From contig OX597817.1 in the NCBI GenBank assembly GCA_951406725.2, forward strand, positions 103,168,001 to 103,232,000: a DNA stretch of 64,000 nt, read 5' to 3'. The translations under genes were made by a program, and so were the position numbers. Source of the DNA: Octopus vulgaris (lineage: Eukaryota). Of the stretch, positions 1 through 13,782 are shown in pieces (positions within the stretch are counted from its first letter, which is position 1; each line of letters begins with the position of its first letter). The notes under the pieces are model-generated. The model saw only the letters and a program-made list of their open reading frames with translations. It had not been told where the DNA came from and made no database searches.

Positions 1-1222
1 ATTGAAATTTTGTGTTTGTGTTTCTTCTTTTTGGGAGGAGAACTGTAAATCTGGTTGTAAGTTTTTGATAAAATAATTGATTTAGTTTCAGTTCTTATTT
101 GAAATAATATCATTTGATTTACATCTCTTATTTCCATGGGTAAAGTATAGATGTCATAATTTGCATTCTTTCTGATGGAAAGGGCTAAATCACCAATGGT
201 TTCCACAAATCAGTCACAGGGTCAAATAAACTTTTGAAACTACTTTTTACTACAGACCTAGTTCTTCCTATTTGCTTTGAGATTGATCAATATACTGGAA
301 TAGTATGCCTCTATGAGGAAGAGCAATTTCCATGATATACTAATTTGCCTGTTTGATACTTTACAGTAGCTGGTGATGCATAGGAATAGAAAGATGCAGG
401 AAATTGTTGCAAAGTTTACAAATGCATTAAATGCATGTATGGAAGGTGGACATTAAATGATGACATGACGATTAACTGTGTACTATTGGAATTACCACTT
501 GTATCTTAGGGCCTGTCAGTGTATAATAATTTGATCATTGTAACCAGACCAGAATGGAGACAACCTTACAGTACAGACATCTGTAAGCACAGTGGAAGTA
601 CTATGGAAGAATAAGTGACAAATTTGCCACATATAGTTCTATCAAGCAAGTTCAGTCTTGTGGAAAATTTTTAGCATCTCGAATTATTGAAATTACATAA
701 TAATAGCTAAGGCACAAAAAGTCCAGAACCAGCTTTGAAGAACTCGGCAGAAATGCTGTCTTCAACTGGTATTTTGTTTTCAATTTGGTGAACTGCACAC
801 CATATTAAGGCATTATGGTTACACATCAAATATAATAGAGCATTATCTTGACATGTTCACATCTATTTAGTCAGTTTTCTGTCTTCATAGTATATTAAAT
901 GAATTGTAACTAGTTTTGTTTAGAATAGTAAAATATAGTGAGCCCAAAATTTATAATTAATTAAAGTTATGCATGTAGTGAAGAAAAAAAAGTATAATAA
1001 TGATCGATTCTCTTAAAAAGGTAGGGGAGATAACCCTCCCATTGAGTATGAGTATTGACTAATTTTTGATAGTACAAGACATATTTTAGTCTTATTACAC
1101 ACTTCATTGTTTTTCTTACAGTGGAGTACTTTCTGCTCATCATTCTATAGAGATATATTGAAGTAGAGCCAGGTTGTAAATATGCAAATTAAACACTTCA
1201 ACATCTGATAATATATAATATA

Positions 1223-1437
1223 CAGTAATCCCTGCAGTTCACCTATTGCGGTTTATTATTTAAGCTAACATCGATTCCTCCGTGATGTTGTTTTGCATTT
1301 ATAATAAAATAAATATATACAAATTATAAAAATAATTTTAAAAAAGTATACAGTACAGTACTATTTCTACTTTGCAGATTTTCACCTATTGCAAAGGGTT
1401 TTGGAACGTAACACCTGTGATAGTCGAGGGATTGCTA
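1223..1437. mobile_element. Tc1/mariner/pogo-type MITE
   Basis: Imperfect TIRs CAGTAATCCCT...AGGGATTGCTA, with TA on both sides. Confidence 0.55.
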
Positions 1438-2198
1438 TAATTACAAATTATTACATGAAAATAAAATTTAGCAAAACAGTTTGTGTGTTTCTAAAGGCTA
1501 CAATGATTCTATCACAATGCAAATGTTCTTCTCACTACATGTGTTCTAATCTTTGTTTCAAAGTAAATCATTTGCTTAGCTTCATCACCACCACCATGAA
1601 TATGTAAGATCCAGCCTCCATATTGGTGTGGTTGCATGGTTCAGCAGAATCTGTAAAGGTGAAGCACTTCAGTGTCTGCTTTAGCATGGTTTCTATGGTT
1701 GGCTGTCCTTAATGTCAACCACTTTACAAAAAGTACTAGGTACATTTTCTTTTGTAGCTCTAGCACTATTTAAGATTGCCTTGTGTGCTGTAAGATTAAG
1801 GGCTCATGAGTGGAGGTGAACAGAAGAGAAGAAAAGAGAGAGAGAGAGATAATTTTAGGTAATGTGATGAGGGAGTGTAAGGAAGATGAGAGGAACAGAT
1901 TAATAACTGAGACAGGGTGGTAGTGGAGTGTAGCAGTAGTAGAACAGGTACTAATTGGGGGAGTTGGCATAGCATGGAACAGGGGAAGGGAAGAGATTAT
2001 TGATATATATTATTCTGTTGTAATATAAACTTTGATCCCTTATAGTCTCCTCTTTTTATGGAAAGTCAGAGGCTCAGCACTCATGGTTCAGTAAACGATT
2101 CTTCCTCAAGTTTACTTCAATTTCCTGAAATGACCCCTATAAAGGGCAACAATTCTAAAATCAAATATCCATCAAAATATTTCGGGCATGCTTTTTAA

Positions 2199-2395
2199 CC
2201 CTTTAGCATTTCAACTGGCCATATCCAGTCAAAATATTCTTCCTGCTTTATATTCAAACTGGCCGGATCAGTCTCTCACACCTACCCTACAATGTTAGTC
2301 TAAAAAATATGCAGTCACATAATCGAAATCTCAAGGCTACAAGATAATGAATAAATAAGTGTTATGTTTGATAGAATAATTTGAATGCTAAAGGG
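2199..2395. mobile_element. piggyBac-type MITE
   Basis: TTAA|CCCTTTAGCATT ... AATGCTAAAGGG|TTAA: TIRs plus TTAA TSD. Further copies at 3114 and 6816. Confidence 0.8.
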
Positions 2396-3113
2396 TTAAA
2401 TGTTTCATATGTTCTAAAAAACTTAATTTGAATAGTTTGTTAATGTTAATAGATAAATTTTGCTAATTTGTTGATCTAATTATGTCTGGGTATGGAGCTA
2501 GAACAAGAAGTTTTAAACATGTCATGAAAAAGTTTCTCTTGCCAAAAGGCTGGTTATGTAAGGAGTATGTCAGTAGTGTAATGTTGTTGATAACCTGCTA
2601 CCAGGTCAACTGATGATCGCATCTTATTTACAGACAATATATTCCCCTTCTCTAACTGATATTTACTGTGTCTGCTTTTGTTCCTATATCTAGTCATCTG
2701 TCACATTCTTTTCACACTCTAACACACTTATCTACCCACTCACTCATTCTCTCTATCACATTCAATTTGTACCTTAAGGGTTATAACCTCACCATGTATC
2801 TCCCCCTCCCCCATAGCTGGGAAACCATGTATTCACCTCTTCAATAAAACATCTGTTTCTGTCTCTCTGGTATACTTTCAGTACTGTACTCCACTCAGTT
2901 GAAAGGTCTTGTCTTGCAAGTACTTGGTTATCTTTCTAGTGGCAGTGCTGCAAAGAAAGCACCCAGTACACTCTGTAAAGCAGTTGGTGTTAGGAAGAGC
3001 ATCCAACTGCAGAAACCATGCTAAAGCAGACATTGGAGCTCAGCACAACCTTCTGCCTTGTTGGTTCCTGTCAAAATGTTTAGCCTATGCCAACTTGGAA
3101 AAAAGAACATTAA

Positions 3114-3333
3114 CCCTTTAGTATTTAAACTGGCCATAACCAGCCCCAATATTCAGTATATTTTATGCTAAAACCGACTATATCAAACCTCTCACATCTC
3201 TCCTACAATGTCATTCTAAAAATATACAATTGCATCATCAAAGTCATGAAGATACAAGACAATGTAGAATTAATTCCAGACAACATGAATAAATAAGCAT
3301 TATATTTCAATAAGAAATTTGAATACTAAAGGG
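3114..3333. mobile_element. piggyBac-type MITE (same family as 2199-2395)
   Basis: TTAA|CCCTTTAGTATT...AATACTAAAGGG|TTAA, with internal similarity to 2199-2395. Confidence 0.8.
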
Positions 3334-3864
3334 TTAAGGATGAGGATTCTGATGGCGGTGGTGGCGGCAGCAGCCGCGGCTGCCAGGATTACCTTATCTA
3401 ATGTAGTTGTAGGGAAATTTGATGTTATTTTTAGCAGTTTGAGCAATCACACACAGGCTCACTTAGTGGTTGTGTATTGTGTAATGGTTAGAGTTAGTAG
3501 TGACTAGGGATGAGGAATAAGTCAAGTAAAAATCAGCTTGTTATGAAAGACTATATTTAGTAAAGAAATGTAAATTGATAACAAAGTGTACATGAAGTAG
3601 ATTTAAAGTAGTTAGATAGATCAAATGGTTGTGATTATGTTGCACCATTCCACATGGAAAATACGACAATAAAGATTCTAGTATTGAAAAATGAACCTCA
3701 ACCAGTGTTATTGGTATTGATAACAATTAGATCTTGTATCTTAAAAAGAAGCATGATAAAATTCTTACAGATGGTTCAGCTAAATGACTTTTAGTTTTCC
3801 AACCTTATTCTCACAGTCATATAAAGGTAGTATTAATGATCACATACAAGAATTTATTGCTTAA

Positions 3865-4904
3865 CCCTTTCATTACTATATTTCTGACCAAAATCTAGGC
3901 TTGTTTCATTAAATAACTGTAACTTTTTTACTTATCAACATATTAATGTGATATTTGGAACATAATTAAAGAAAGGGTTCTTAATCAATTCTATTGCATA
4001 ACTTTTGTCTCAAAGTGACTTTAATTACAGGTAAATCCAGGTAAATTGAGCAAAAGGTAAAAATATTAAAATTTTGTTTAAACATCACCATAGAAAATGA
4101 ATCATCAGCTAATATTCAAATGGGTATGCAACAAAATTTTGATAAAGAAGAATTGTGCACATCACTATATCATCAGTTGAATTTAATACACAACAGGTGT
4201 ACCATAAAGGTGGAATAAAGTGAAATACTGTAATCCACCGGAAGTTTGACTGAACTAAAGAAATCGGTCAAAAAATAATATACGGCCCTGGTTATGGTAT
4301 GAAAGTGATAAATTCCAGACCACATCGTTCCCTAGGCCATGCTGACTAACATTATTTTCCCTGTATAATAACTAAATCCACGCAGTACTCAGTATTTGCT
4401 TCACAAATTTTCCGAAATTTGAACCCCCATTTTGTGTTTGTTTACATTTTGCGTAAGTTTGTTTCCGCATTGATCGCTTCAAACAATAACTTCCAGACCA
4501 CATCATACCCTAAGCCAAACTGACTAACATTAGTTTCCCTGTATAAAAACTAAATCCACAACAGTACCCAGTATTTGCTTCACAAATTTTCCAATTCAGA
4601 ATCAATGCTTGATAACATAAAACTCCAATCCATTTTCAAAGTTGAAGAAAAATCGATGCCGAAAAAAATGTGGAAAAAAATCTCCCAAAATTCAGGGAAT
4701 TAAAATTACACGTTGATCGTTGTACAAAACTGTAGATGAACTGTTTACAAAGTATAATCACGTGTTTTCACGAATGTACTAAAGAGATTTGCTCTGATAT
4801 TCTCATTTAAATATGAATAGGTAAATTCGGGCGGCTTTGGGTGGTTTGGTGATATTAACCAAAATTTTTTTCGGGCAGCTTTGGGCGGTTTGGTAACGAA
4901 AAGG
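3865..4904. mobile_element. Non-autonomous piggyBac-like element (~1 kb)
   Basis: TTAA|CCCTTTCATTAC ... GTAACGAAAAGG|TTAA. Internal ~100-bp direct repeat at ~4313-4415 and ~4491-4593. Confidence 0.6.
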
Positions 4905-4949
4905 TTAAATGGTTATTGATTATGCATTTAAGCAATATTTATTCATCTA

Positions 4950-5260
4950 TAATCATCATCATCATTTAATGTCTGTGTTCCATGCTAGCATGGGTAGGAT
5001 GGTACCACAAAAGCTGGCCAGGCCGAAGCCTGCACCAGACTTCTGTGACTGTTTTGGCAGGATTTTTATAGCTGGATGCCCTTCCTAACACTAACCACTC
5101 AGCAGAGTGGACTTAGTGCTTTTTATGTGGCACAAGCATAGGCGTGGTCAGTTTTGGCAAGGTTTTTACAGCTTCCGAACACCAACCACTTAACTGTGGA
5201 CTGGGTGCTTTTAAGTGGCACCTGCACTGACAGGGTCACCAAGTACTTGCAAGACAAAAA
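4950..5260 (-). mobile_element. 3' tail of RTE LINE / LINE-tailed SINE
   Basis: Reverse complement of the tail seen at 20700-20880 (TTAGGAAGGGCATCCAGCT...CATGCTAGCATGG...(GAT)n). Related pieces at ~2950-3110, 6200-6385, 12900-13210, 21140-21245 and 22430-22560. Confidence 0.7.
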
Positions 5261-6666
5261 CTTTTAAGAGGGGAGAAGGCATTGGAGGAGGTGATGATGA
5301 AAAGGTTATAGTGAGACAGATACAGGTGTCTTGTTGTAGAGGAAGTACAAGGTTACCTGGCCGGAGAGAGAAAGATCAGGAATGAAGACAGAAACAGGTG
5401 TGCTACTGCAAAGAAAATACACGGTTGCCCAACCTGAGGGAAGTGCAGGAGAGACAGGAGAGAGAGAGGGAGGCTGCAGGATGGTGACGGTGGCAAAATA
5501 CAGGACATACTCACAAGGAACAAGGATCAGAGTATAAACGAGATGGTTAGTAAAGGAAGAGAGAGATTTAGATAGTGGCAAGTGCCAGGGTATACCCTTG
5601 AGTTTCAAATGCCATAATATAAGTGACAGAATATTGCGAAGGGAGTGCGAGTAAATGGCGATAGAAGTGGGTATATATAGAGTTAGAGAGGCTACCGGGT
5701 AGCAATGATATAGAGGAACAGGGGTGCAAGGGCAGGATTGGGGAGTGAGAGCTGGCAAGGGGTGAGAACTAGGCATAGTGAATGAAGGAGGAAATGCGAG
5801 AAAGAGAAGAAATGTAGATTGGTTTGTTGGGGGTAGGGTGAGGGAAAAGTTTTCTTGTTACATGTGGGTGGCAATAATAGAGTGAGACAATGTTATTTGA
5901 TATTGATTAAAAAAAGTATTATTGTTTATCCCTTTTGATTTGTCTCATTTCAGTATGAAGAAAAAGAAAACAAAAACATTCTTTTTATGATTTTTGTGAA
6001 GAAAATCAAGTTAAATAATATCTTGCTTTGTTTACTATGAAGAGAATGGATTCCTCGCGTTAAGGGACTGAGACATCTGGCAGTTTACTTGAGAGACATG
6101 TTACACCAAGTAAAAGCATGGTTGTCCTTGCATACAGGCATATCCCCTAAAGCCCTCTTCAGCTGAGTGATCCTAATCTTGTAGGCTTGAAGATGCTGGT
6201 GCCACATAAAAAGTACTAAGTAGACACTGTAAAGCGGTTGGCATAAGGAAGGGTATCCAACCATAGAAAGCATACCAAAACAGACATGGAGCCCAGGCAG
6301 CTCTTCAATTGGTCAGCTCCTCTCAAACTGTCCAACCCATGTCAGCATGGAAAACAGATGCTAAATGATGAAATGATGGTGATGATAACGTAACCCCTTG
6401 AAATGAAATTTTATTCATATCCTCAGATCATTAAAGTGTAGGATGAAATATTGAACAGTATTTACTTGTGCATCTTTAGGTACTGAATTTGAATTTTGCC
6501 CTGGTTGACTTTACCTTTCATCTTTCTGGAGTTAATTAATGCTAGTCAAATATCAGAGTCACTATTGTCAGGTGTTCCTTTACTAAAATTTATGATTTTG
6601 AGTCTTAGAAATCAACATTTTAGAGTTTTCAAATTCCCTACAAATATTCTTTTTTTTTTTCAACAG

Positions 6667-6777
6667 GGCTATATATCAACATTATTAAGCAGGATGACTC
6701 GAGCAAATGGCAAATGGCAGTTAAAATGTATGTTAAATGATGGAACTGGAACTCTACCTGTGGAGCTGTCTGATGAA
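6667..6777 (+). CDS. RMI1: RecQ-mediated genome instability protein 1, internal exon (C-terminal OB fold)
   Basis: Poly-T...CAACAG acceptor and GTAAAA donor, phase 0/0. Encodes GYISTLLSRMTRANGKWQLKCMLNDGTGTLPVELSDE, matching the RMI1_C pattern (human [37 protein letters not shown], recalled from memory). Confidence 0.88.
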
Positions 6778-6815
6778 GTAAAATAATTGTTTCTTTTTTT
6801 TTGTTTTTGTATTAA

Positions 6816-7455
6816 CCCTTTAGCATTCAGATTATTCTATCCAATGAAATGCTTATTTATTCTTTTATTCAGCTTGTTTCAATCATTTAACTGTGGCCAT
6901 GCTGGAGCCCTGCCTTTAAAGGTTATTTTTTTAGTCAAAGAAATCGACCCCAAGATTTATTCTTTGTAAGCCTAGTACTTATTCTGTTGGTCTCCTTTAC
7001 CGAACTGCTAAATTACAGGGATGTAAACACAACAATAGCGGTTGTCAGGTGATGGTGGTGGTGGTGGTGGTGGGGGGGGGGGGGGGGCGGACAAACACAG
7101 GCACAAAGACACATACACACACTCATATATATATATGTATATGATGAGCTTCTTTCAGTTTCTGTCTACCAAATCCACTCACAAGGCTTTGGTTTGCCCA
7201 AGATTATTGTAGAAAACACTTGTCCAAAGTGTCATGCAGAGGGACTGAACCCAGAATCATGTGGTTGGGAGGCAAGCTTCTTACCATACAGCCACACCTA
7301 ATTAATCATGCATTATCTTGTAGCTTTGGGATTTTGACGATGTGATTGCTTATTTTAAAAATAACATTGTCAGGAAGGTGTGAGAAGCTGGCCAGTTTGA
7401 ACATAGAGCAGATAGAATATTTGGGCTGGGTATGGCTAGTTTAAATGCTGAAGGG
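6816..7455. mobile_element. piggyBac-type MITE interrupted by a SINE
   Basis: TTAA|CCCTTTAGCATT ... ATGCTGAAGGG|TTAA, with a SINE at ~6870-7300 inside. Confidence 0.7.
6870..7300 (-). mobile_element. tRNA-derived SINE (family A, CORE-like)
   Basis: Minus strand reads GGTGTGGCTGTATGGTAAG...GGTTCAGTCCC (A/B-box-like) then ...GGACAAGTGT. Same family at 12262, 23106, 39481 and 58054. Confidence 0.85.
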
Positions 7456-8487
7456 TTAAAGAATTTTCTTTGTTGCTTTTACTTCATGGATGTTGAAAAC
7501 TGTGTTGCATTTATTATTTTATAAATATTGGCAAGAATAGGATTTAAAAAAACATTTAAATGCTTCCATTGATCATGTAGCAAAGTGCCGAGTACTTTTC
7601 TACTGTTTAATCACTCAAACAAAACCTGATAGTGTTACTCACTAAGTGTTTACATGTTTGAGCCAACAAGGAAGCCTCTACATTGTTGTTTGGCTGGAAA
7701 GAAATAGCATCTAAACCACCCTCAAATCAAACTTTTGTTTTAAAAAGATAAGGACACACTGAATATTGTAGTGTTTGATATAGCAGATAGATCACAATTT
7801 CCCCAATCAAGATTAACCTGGGGCTAAACAACAATCATAACAACAAGGTTTGAGTTCATGTCTTTTTAGTGTGTAGTCCTACACTCTAATATCATAGGTA
7901 GTTTGCTTTTGTATTGCAGTATTAGGTATGTCATACATACCTAGGTTTTACTATTTTACTGATGCTGTGATGAGTGGCAAAAATGGAAATGAATGTATCT
8001 GATTTATGAATGCCTAAAAAAAAAAATATATCTAGACAATGGGATTTTATCTGCTTTATAGAAGACTTCATCTTCTGTATATCATATGTATAAAATTCAA
8101 TGTATAAAAATAGTTATTTTCTTTTGTTAATAAACTCTTTCCCAAAAACCCACTAATCTACCAAAAGAAATAACATAGAAATAAACTTTAGCTGCAGGCT
8201 TACAAAGAAAAAACCTGGGGTTGATTTGCTTGACTAAAGGCGGTGCTCCAGCATGGCTACAGTCAAATGACTGAAACAAGTAAAAAGAGTAAAAAGAGGG
8301 AAAGGGTCGTGCTTGAAATTTATCATTAACAATACTTTCTAAACTTAGATCAATAGATTTCAGTTACATCTCATCTGATTTTTTTTTATATGCAACTCTT
8401 CTTAAAATTATTTTTAATTTTTGGTCTTTATTTTTGAATGAAAATTATTGTTATAAGGTATTATTCAAAGATACTGTTTGATTTCAG

Positions 8488-8529
8488 CTACTTACTGAAT
8501 TCATTGGGTTTACAGTTGAAGAATCAGTT
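8488..8529 (+). CDS. RMI1: RMI1 internal micro-exon (42 nt)
   Basis: TTTCAG|CTACTT...TCAGTT|GTAAGT, phase 0/0. Encodes LLTEFIGFTVEESV (cf. RMI1 ILTSLIGFSVPEM). Confidence 0.85.
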
Positions 8530-8929
8530 GTAAGTAACAACATTATATTTCTCATTCATTTTGAATTCTTTTACTTATTCTTTTAAAACTTTCTTCATAC
8601 AATACCTACAGCATCAGCTACCAAAGGGTGATACTCAACTTCTCTTTTTCCTATCTTGTTTCACTCATTTTGAGATAAAGTTTTTTAAAATCTGTTTTGA
8701 TGGTTAAAGAAAAAAAGAGAAACTCTCAGTGCAGATGTGATTGTATGTTTGTGAAAGTTTTCCTGTTGCCATTGTGTGCATAAAGTGCTTGTGATTGTGA
8801 ATATTTATGATTTGTGTGATTTTGGAAAGGAAACTTGTTTGTTCCTAACTGTTTTTACCTGTTTATGCCTGACATCTGTGTTGATGTCATGCTGTTTCAA
8901 TGATGGACAGATATGATAATCGAACAATC

Positions 8930-9310
8930 CTTAATATTGAAGATTTTAGAGTCCATGTCATGGTGAACATCTGAGAAGTCTCAGATTGGTCATTGGTGTT
9001 GGATGTCACCATTACCAATACTTTCTCTTATAGCCTTATCCCAGAAGCTGCTATTCACTCATTGGGTACTGCAACAAGGGCCAAGAAAAGCAAGTGGATC
9101 AAGTATGCTTCTTTGCAAGGTACATATTTTTTTGAACCAGTGGTAATGGAAATAACTAGTGTTGTTGGTAAATTTGGTAGATTGATGAAATTTTTTAATG
9201 AATGCCATCAACCCAAAGATAGCTGAAGTGGCAGATGAAGCAGCTTCCTACTTAATGGTTGTAGCAGTGAATTGGTTTGGTAATTGTTCACTTTGAGTTT
9301 GCTGCAGGGT
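8930..9310 (+). mobile_element. Degenerate CRE-like non-LTR retrotransposon, restriction-like endonuclease fragment
   Basis: LDVTITNTFS...AKKSKWIKYASL...YFFEPVVMEIT resembles the WDVT..T.A...E..K..KY..L...F.P..ET.G motif of CRE-clade REL domains. Confidence 0.5.
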
Positions 9311-9637
9311 TGAGAGGAAAGATAAAGTCAAAGATTATTAGAGATTCACCAGCTGGAACTAATTTTATATTGATGTAAGATTTTCTGACAATTAATTCAA
9401 TCTGGCTCAAAGATACATGTGAATATGTCTATATCCTATAACTTGTAAAATTCTAACAATCATTCAGCTATTTTTACTGTATTATTAGGAAAGTGTGAGG
9501 TGTGGGCTGAGTTGCACTGAACTTGAATGAGAGGGGTAAGGTAGGAGTTAAATTAAAGAATCAAAATTGAGAAATTTCCAAGCTGTGGGTAGGGCTTGGT
9601 AAAATATAACAATATATTATGATGGACGTTGCATATA

Positions 9638-10345
9638 TCATCATCATCATCATCCTTTAATGTTTGCTTTCCATGCTAGCATGGGTTGGATGATTTTATC
9701 AGAGCTAGCAAGTAGAAGAGCTGCACCAGGTTCCAGTCTAATCAGATTTGGCTTGGTTTCTATAACTGGATGCCTTTCTTAACACCAATCACTTTACAGT
9801 GTGTGCTGGGTGCTTTTAATGTGGCACCAGCATGAGTGATTTTACATGGCACTGGCAGAAGTGCTTATTATGTAGAGTTGGCATAGGACTCTTGCAAGCC
9901 AATCTTCTTCATCAGGGTTCGTTGGGTGGTGGAATTAACACTTCTGTTGTGGAGGACAGGTCTTTTTGAGTACTGCAAAGTGCCAGATATCTCGGTTCTT
10001 TGTCATCTCCTCCATAAGGTTCAGTGTCCTGAGATCATCCTTTAGTGCTTCATCCCATGTCTTCTTGGGTCTCCCTCTTCTACAAGTTCCATCCACTTTG
10101 AGTGAACGGCACTTCTTTATGGTGCTGTCACATCCATCTGTATCACATGACCAAACCAGTACAGTCTTTCTTGCACACTGCATCTAATTCCTCTTATGCT
10201 TAATTTTTCTCTCAACACACTTGCATTCTGTTGCACATGTACATTTACACGTTGCACATCCAGTGGAACATACTAGCTGTATTCCTCTCTAGCCTTCACA
10301 TGTCCTCTGCATTCAGGGCCTGCATCTCACTACCGTCTAGAATTG
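9638..10345 (-). mobile_element. 5'-truncated RTE LINE (same family as 18480-20880)
   Basis: ORF 9935-10183 (GTCRRGRPKKTWDEALKDDL) plus the shared 3' UTR and (GAT)n tail. Confidence 0.8.
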
Positions 10346-10999
10346 CTGTTTGTATACATGCATATGTAAATACATAGATACCTACATATATAGGCACACC
10401 AATACATATACATGTATGTAACTTTTAGAACGCTAAGGAAGGAAAAGGGAGGTGGGTGTGAGGAAAACGTAACTTTAAGGACAGAAAGGGTTATTAAGAT
10501 GACAACTGTTATTCATATGCATTGTTTCTGTTGTCCATCACAAAGAAACACACATACACACAATGAGAAGGTAAAGTTTTCTCTGGATGGTCTTATATAA
10601 ATTACGTTTGTAAGCAAGTTATCTTTTTGATCTATATAATAGCAGCTATACATCTTGTGTAAGCCACTTTAAGATTGCTTTCATAATTTTTTTATGAGAT
10701 ATAATGTATTTACTTATGTGGACTGTTTCTATCACTTATTTGGCAGTTTAATATGAATCAGCTACATATGCTTCAGTACATATGCTTTTGTTAGTATGAA
10801 AAGACAGCATAGAGTAGTAGCTATTTTGCTGTTTATTGTAGGTTGATACTGCAATAATAAAGTAGTATTTGTTGGATCCTAGAAGTCTGGATACTGTAAT
10901 TATCTATTTTTCATAGATGAAATCAGACAGTGACATATTGCATTGCTGAGAACTGTATGGAGAGATAATAGAAGTTTGCATTTCAGTCTCATAGAACAA

Positions 11000-12240
11000 A
11001 TCATTCTTGAGGCTTGTTGTGTGGATGAGGAGAGTAAAAGAAGGTAATGAAGAGGTGCAATCAGTACACATTACAGTCTTTGTGAACTATTACTTTTGAG
11101 AATAAGAAAAATAAAATGGATGCCCTTATTACATTACGAGGTGAGCTGGCTTAGTATCTGCTTATGATTAAATATGTTAAGGCAGTGGAAGAGGCAGTAG
11201 ATGACCCTGATGAAGAAAGACTAAAAGATTCATCTAGAAAATCTGACGGTTATTTTTAATCTGATGTCAATATATTATGAATTAGTGTTGAGGAGCAAAT
11301 TCTTGGGGCTTTTTATTATCAGAAGTTGAAATAGGTGATTTATCTTGGCTGAAGAAGAAAGGTCATAAATAGAATTATGCATTAAAAAGACTGCTAAGCT
11401 TAGACCTATCATGCACACACATGAGGTTTATATCATCAAATGATATTATTATTATGCAAAGCTGCACTATAATGTTAAACATTTCCCCTTGTCATAAGGC
11501 AATAAAAATAATGAAAGCCCAAAAAGCTGTAGCTTTTTCAAGGTTAGTGTCTATTGGCATTTATAGGTTTACTAAAGTTCAAAAGGTTAAAGTCAGTATG
11601 ATAAATACTAAAAGTACAATTAGTAAGAGGAAGCACAAAATATTGCCTGATATCCTCAATAAATAAGAAATAAGGAAGTAGGAACTGTATATTCAATGTA
11701 ATGTGTTTGTTAAAGATACAATATTTAACAGAATGACAGAAAACCCCAAAATTTTTGAAGCGATAGATGCACAATAGTTGTTATTTAAGCCCTGGTGAGT
11801 CCTTATCTTATGGTGGAAAGCATTTCAGTCAAGATCCTTGTGACTCTTTTCCAGGCTATATGTACATAATCATCCAATGTCTCCAAACTTCTTTGAGGTG
11901 GTAGGATGTAATATAAGGGAGATTCGGATGTTATATCTTGCTGGTGTGAGCAGTTAGGTAAAAACTCCCTCATTAAAGCATCCATAAAATAAATTCAATG
12001 AATTGCTTATTAAACTTGCTAGATGTTGACAATTTCTGTTGCTTTGAAGACCTACTTAATTCAGTGGGTGGTTGTTGTGAAAGTATAGTGGCTAGGATAA
12101 GAAAAGAGAAGAAGAAATTAAGAGAAACATTGTTACTTCTGTTAGCAACAAAAGGTTTCTCTTTTTGCACAAAAAGGAGACTGAAACATTTGTGAGAAAT
12201 GTGATACTGCATGATAATGAAAGAAGGGCATTGAAAGATC
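11000..12240 (-). mobile_element. Old, heavily decayed LINE RT relic
   Basis: Minus strand contains an NLEKA-like motif near 11530-11550 within a stop-riddled region. Weak support. Confidence 0.3.
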
Positions 12241-12261
12241 AGGATGTGTAATAATCTGTCT

Positions 12262-12672
12262 TTTACTCTTTTACTTGTTTCAGTCATTTGACTTTGGCCA
12301 TGCTGGAGCACTGCCTTTAGTCTAGCAAATCGACCCCAGGACTTATTTTTTGTAAGCCTAGTACTTATTCTGTCGGTCTCTTTTGCTGAACTGCTAAGTT
12401 ACAGGGATGTAAACACACCAACATTGGTTGTCAAGCGATGTTGGGAGGACAGACACAGACAGACAAACAGACACACACACACACACACATAAATACATAC
12501 ATATATATGACGGGCTTCTTTCAGTTTCTGTCTACCAAATCCACTCACAAGGCTTTGGTCAGCCCGAGGCTATAGTAGAAGACACTTGCCCAAGGTGCCA
12601 CACAGTGGGACTGAACCCGGAACCATGTGGTTTGTAAGTAAGTTACTTACCATACAACCACTCCTACGCCTA
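12262..12672 (-). mobile_element. tRNA-derived SINE (family A)
   Basis: Near full-length match to the copies at 23106-23483 and 39481-39875. Confidence 0.9.
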
Positions 12673-13728
12673 TAATGTTAACTGTACAGATGTCAAATCA
12701 GGAATAGCTTGACAGAGTGGTCAAGTATCAAAATTATTTGATGTATGTAGGAGAGATAACTGTACAAGTGTGAATATTGGTTAAAATGGATGATGAGTTG
12801 GGTGTTAAAGGGCTCCATTGCTGACAGTGGAATTTAGAAAAGGACTGCAACACTTAAAGCTACTTTATCCATAACCTGTTAGTAGTTAGCTGTACTCACC
12901 TTACTGGCACTTGTGCTGGTGGCACGTGAAAAAACAGTCGAGTGAGGTCGTTGCCAGTGCCACTGGACTGGCTCCTGTGCAGGTGGCACATAAAAGGCAC
13001 CATTTGAGCATGGCTGTTGCCAGTACCGCCTGACTGGCCCTCATGCTGGTGGCACGTAAAAGCACCCACTACACTCTTGGAGTGGTTGGCGTTAGGAAGG
13101 GCATCCAGCTTTAGAAACTCTGCCAGATCAGATTGGTGCAGCCATTTAGTTTGTCAGACCTCAATTAAATCGTCCAACGGACGTTAAACAATGATGATGA
13201 TGATGATAATGATCTACTGAAAGCTACAGGGAACCTCTGTGAGAAGTACAATTCTTGTGACAGAGTATAATTAGGATACTACTTCCTTCAAGAGGATATT
13301 AATGTAAAATGAAATATTTCAACTTGACTCTAGTGATACTTGAGTGGATATCTCAGTAATGAGAACATCACATTTTGAACCATAGTGCAGGAAAACCAAC
13401 CTGTCAATTTTTTTTTGTTAGTCTTCAAATCATTTCCTATTTTGAAGTATTTCTAGTGACAATGCCTCTCATCTTCTGCTTTATAAAAGATTTTATATAT
13501 AGAGATAACAGTCCTAGGAGAAATCAAACTAGTAGATGCAGGTCACTAAAAAAGCTTCTTAATTTTTACTCAGTTTGTCATCTATTTGCAAGTTTGTTAG
13601 TTTGCTAATATACAGATTGACCATAGCATCCATCTTACCATTAAGATTCCTGCTGAAATTCCTGATTTATTTCCTTTGCTTTCCCATTATTCTTCAAGGT
13701 TTAATTCTGATATTTTATTTTTACTTAG

Positions 13729-13782
13729 AAAATGAATGCTGCTTCAGCTTCCGATTCAAGCCTAAAACAGAAACTTCACCAG
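13729..13782 (+). CDS. RMI1: RMI1 internal micro-exon (54 nt)
   Basis: TTTTACTTAG|AAAATG...CACCAG|GTCAGA, phase 0/0. Encodes KMNAASASDSSLKQKLHQ, which fills the gap between ...VEESV and GLQQCQ (cf. [22 protein letters not shown]). Confidence 0.72.

Noticed and set aside
1121-1172. Candidate upstream RMI1 exon (TTACAG...CAG|GT)
   Set aside because: Stops in all three frames.
10918-10950. Candidate RMI1 exon after TTTTCATAG
   Set aside because: In-frame TGA and no suitable donor. 13729-13782 fits better.
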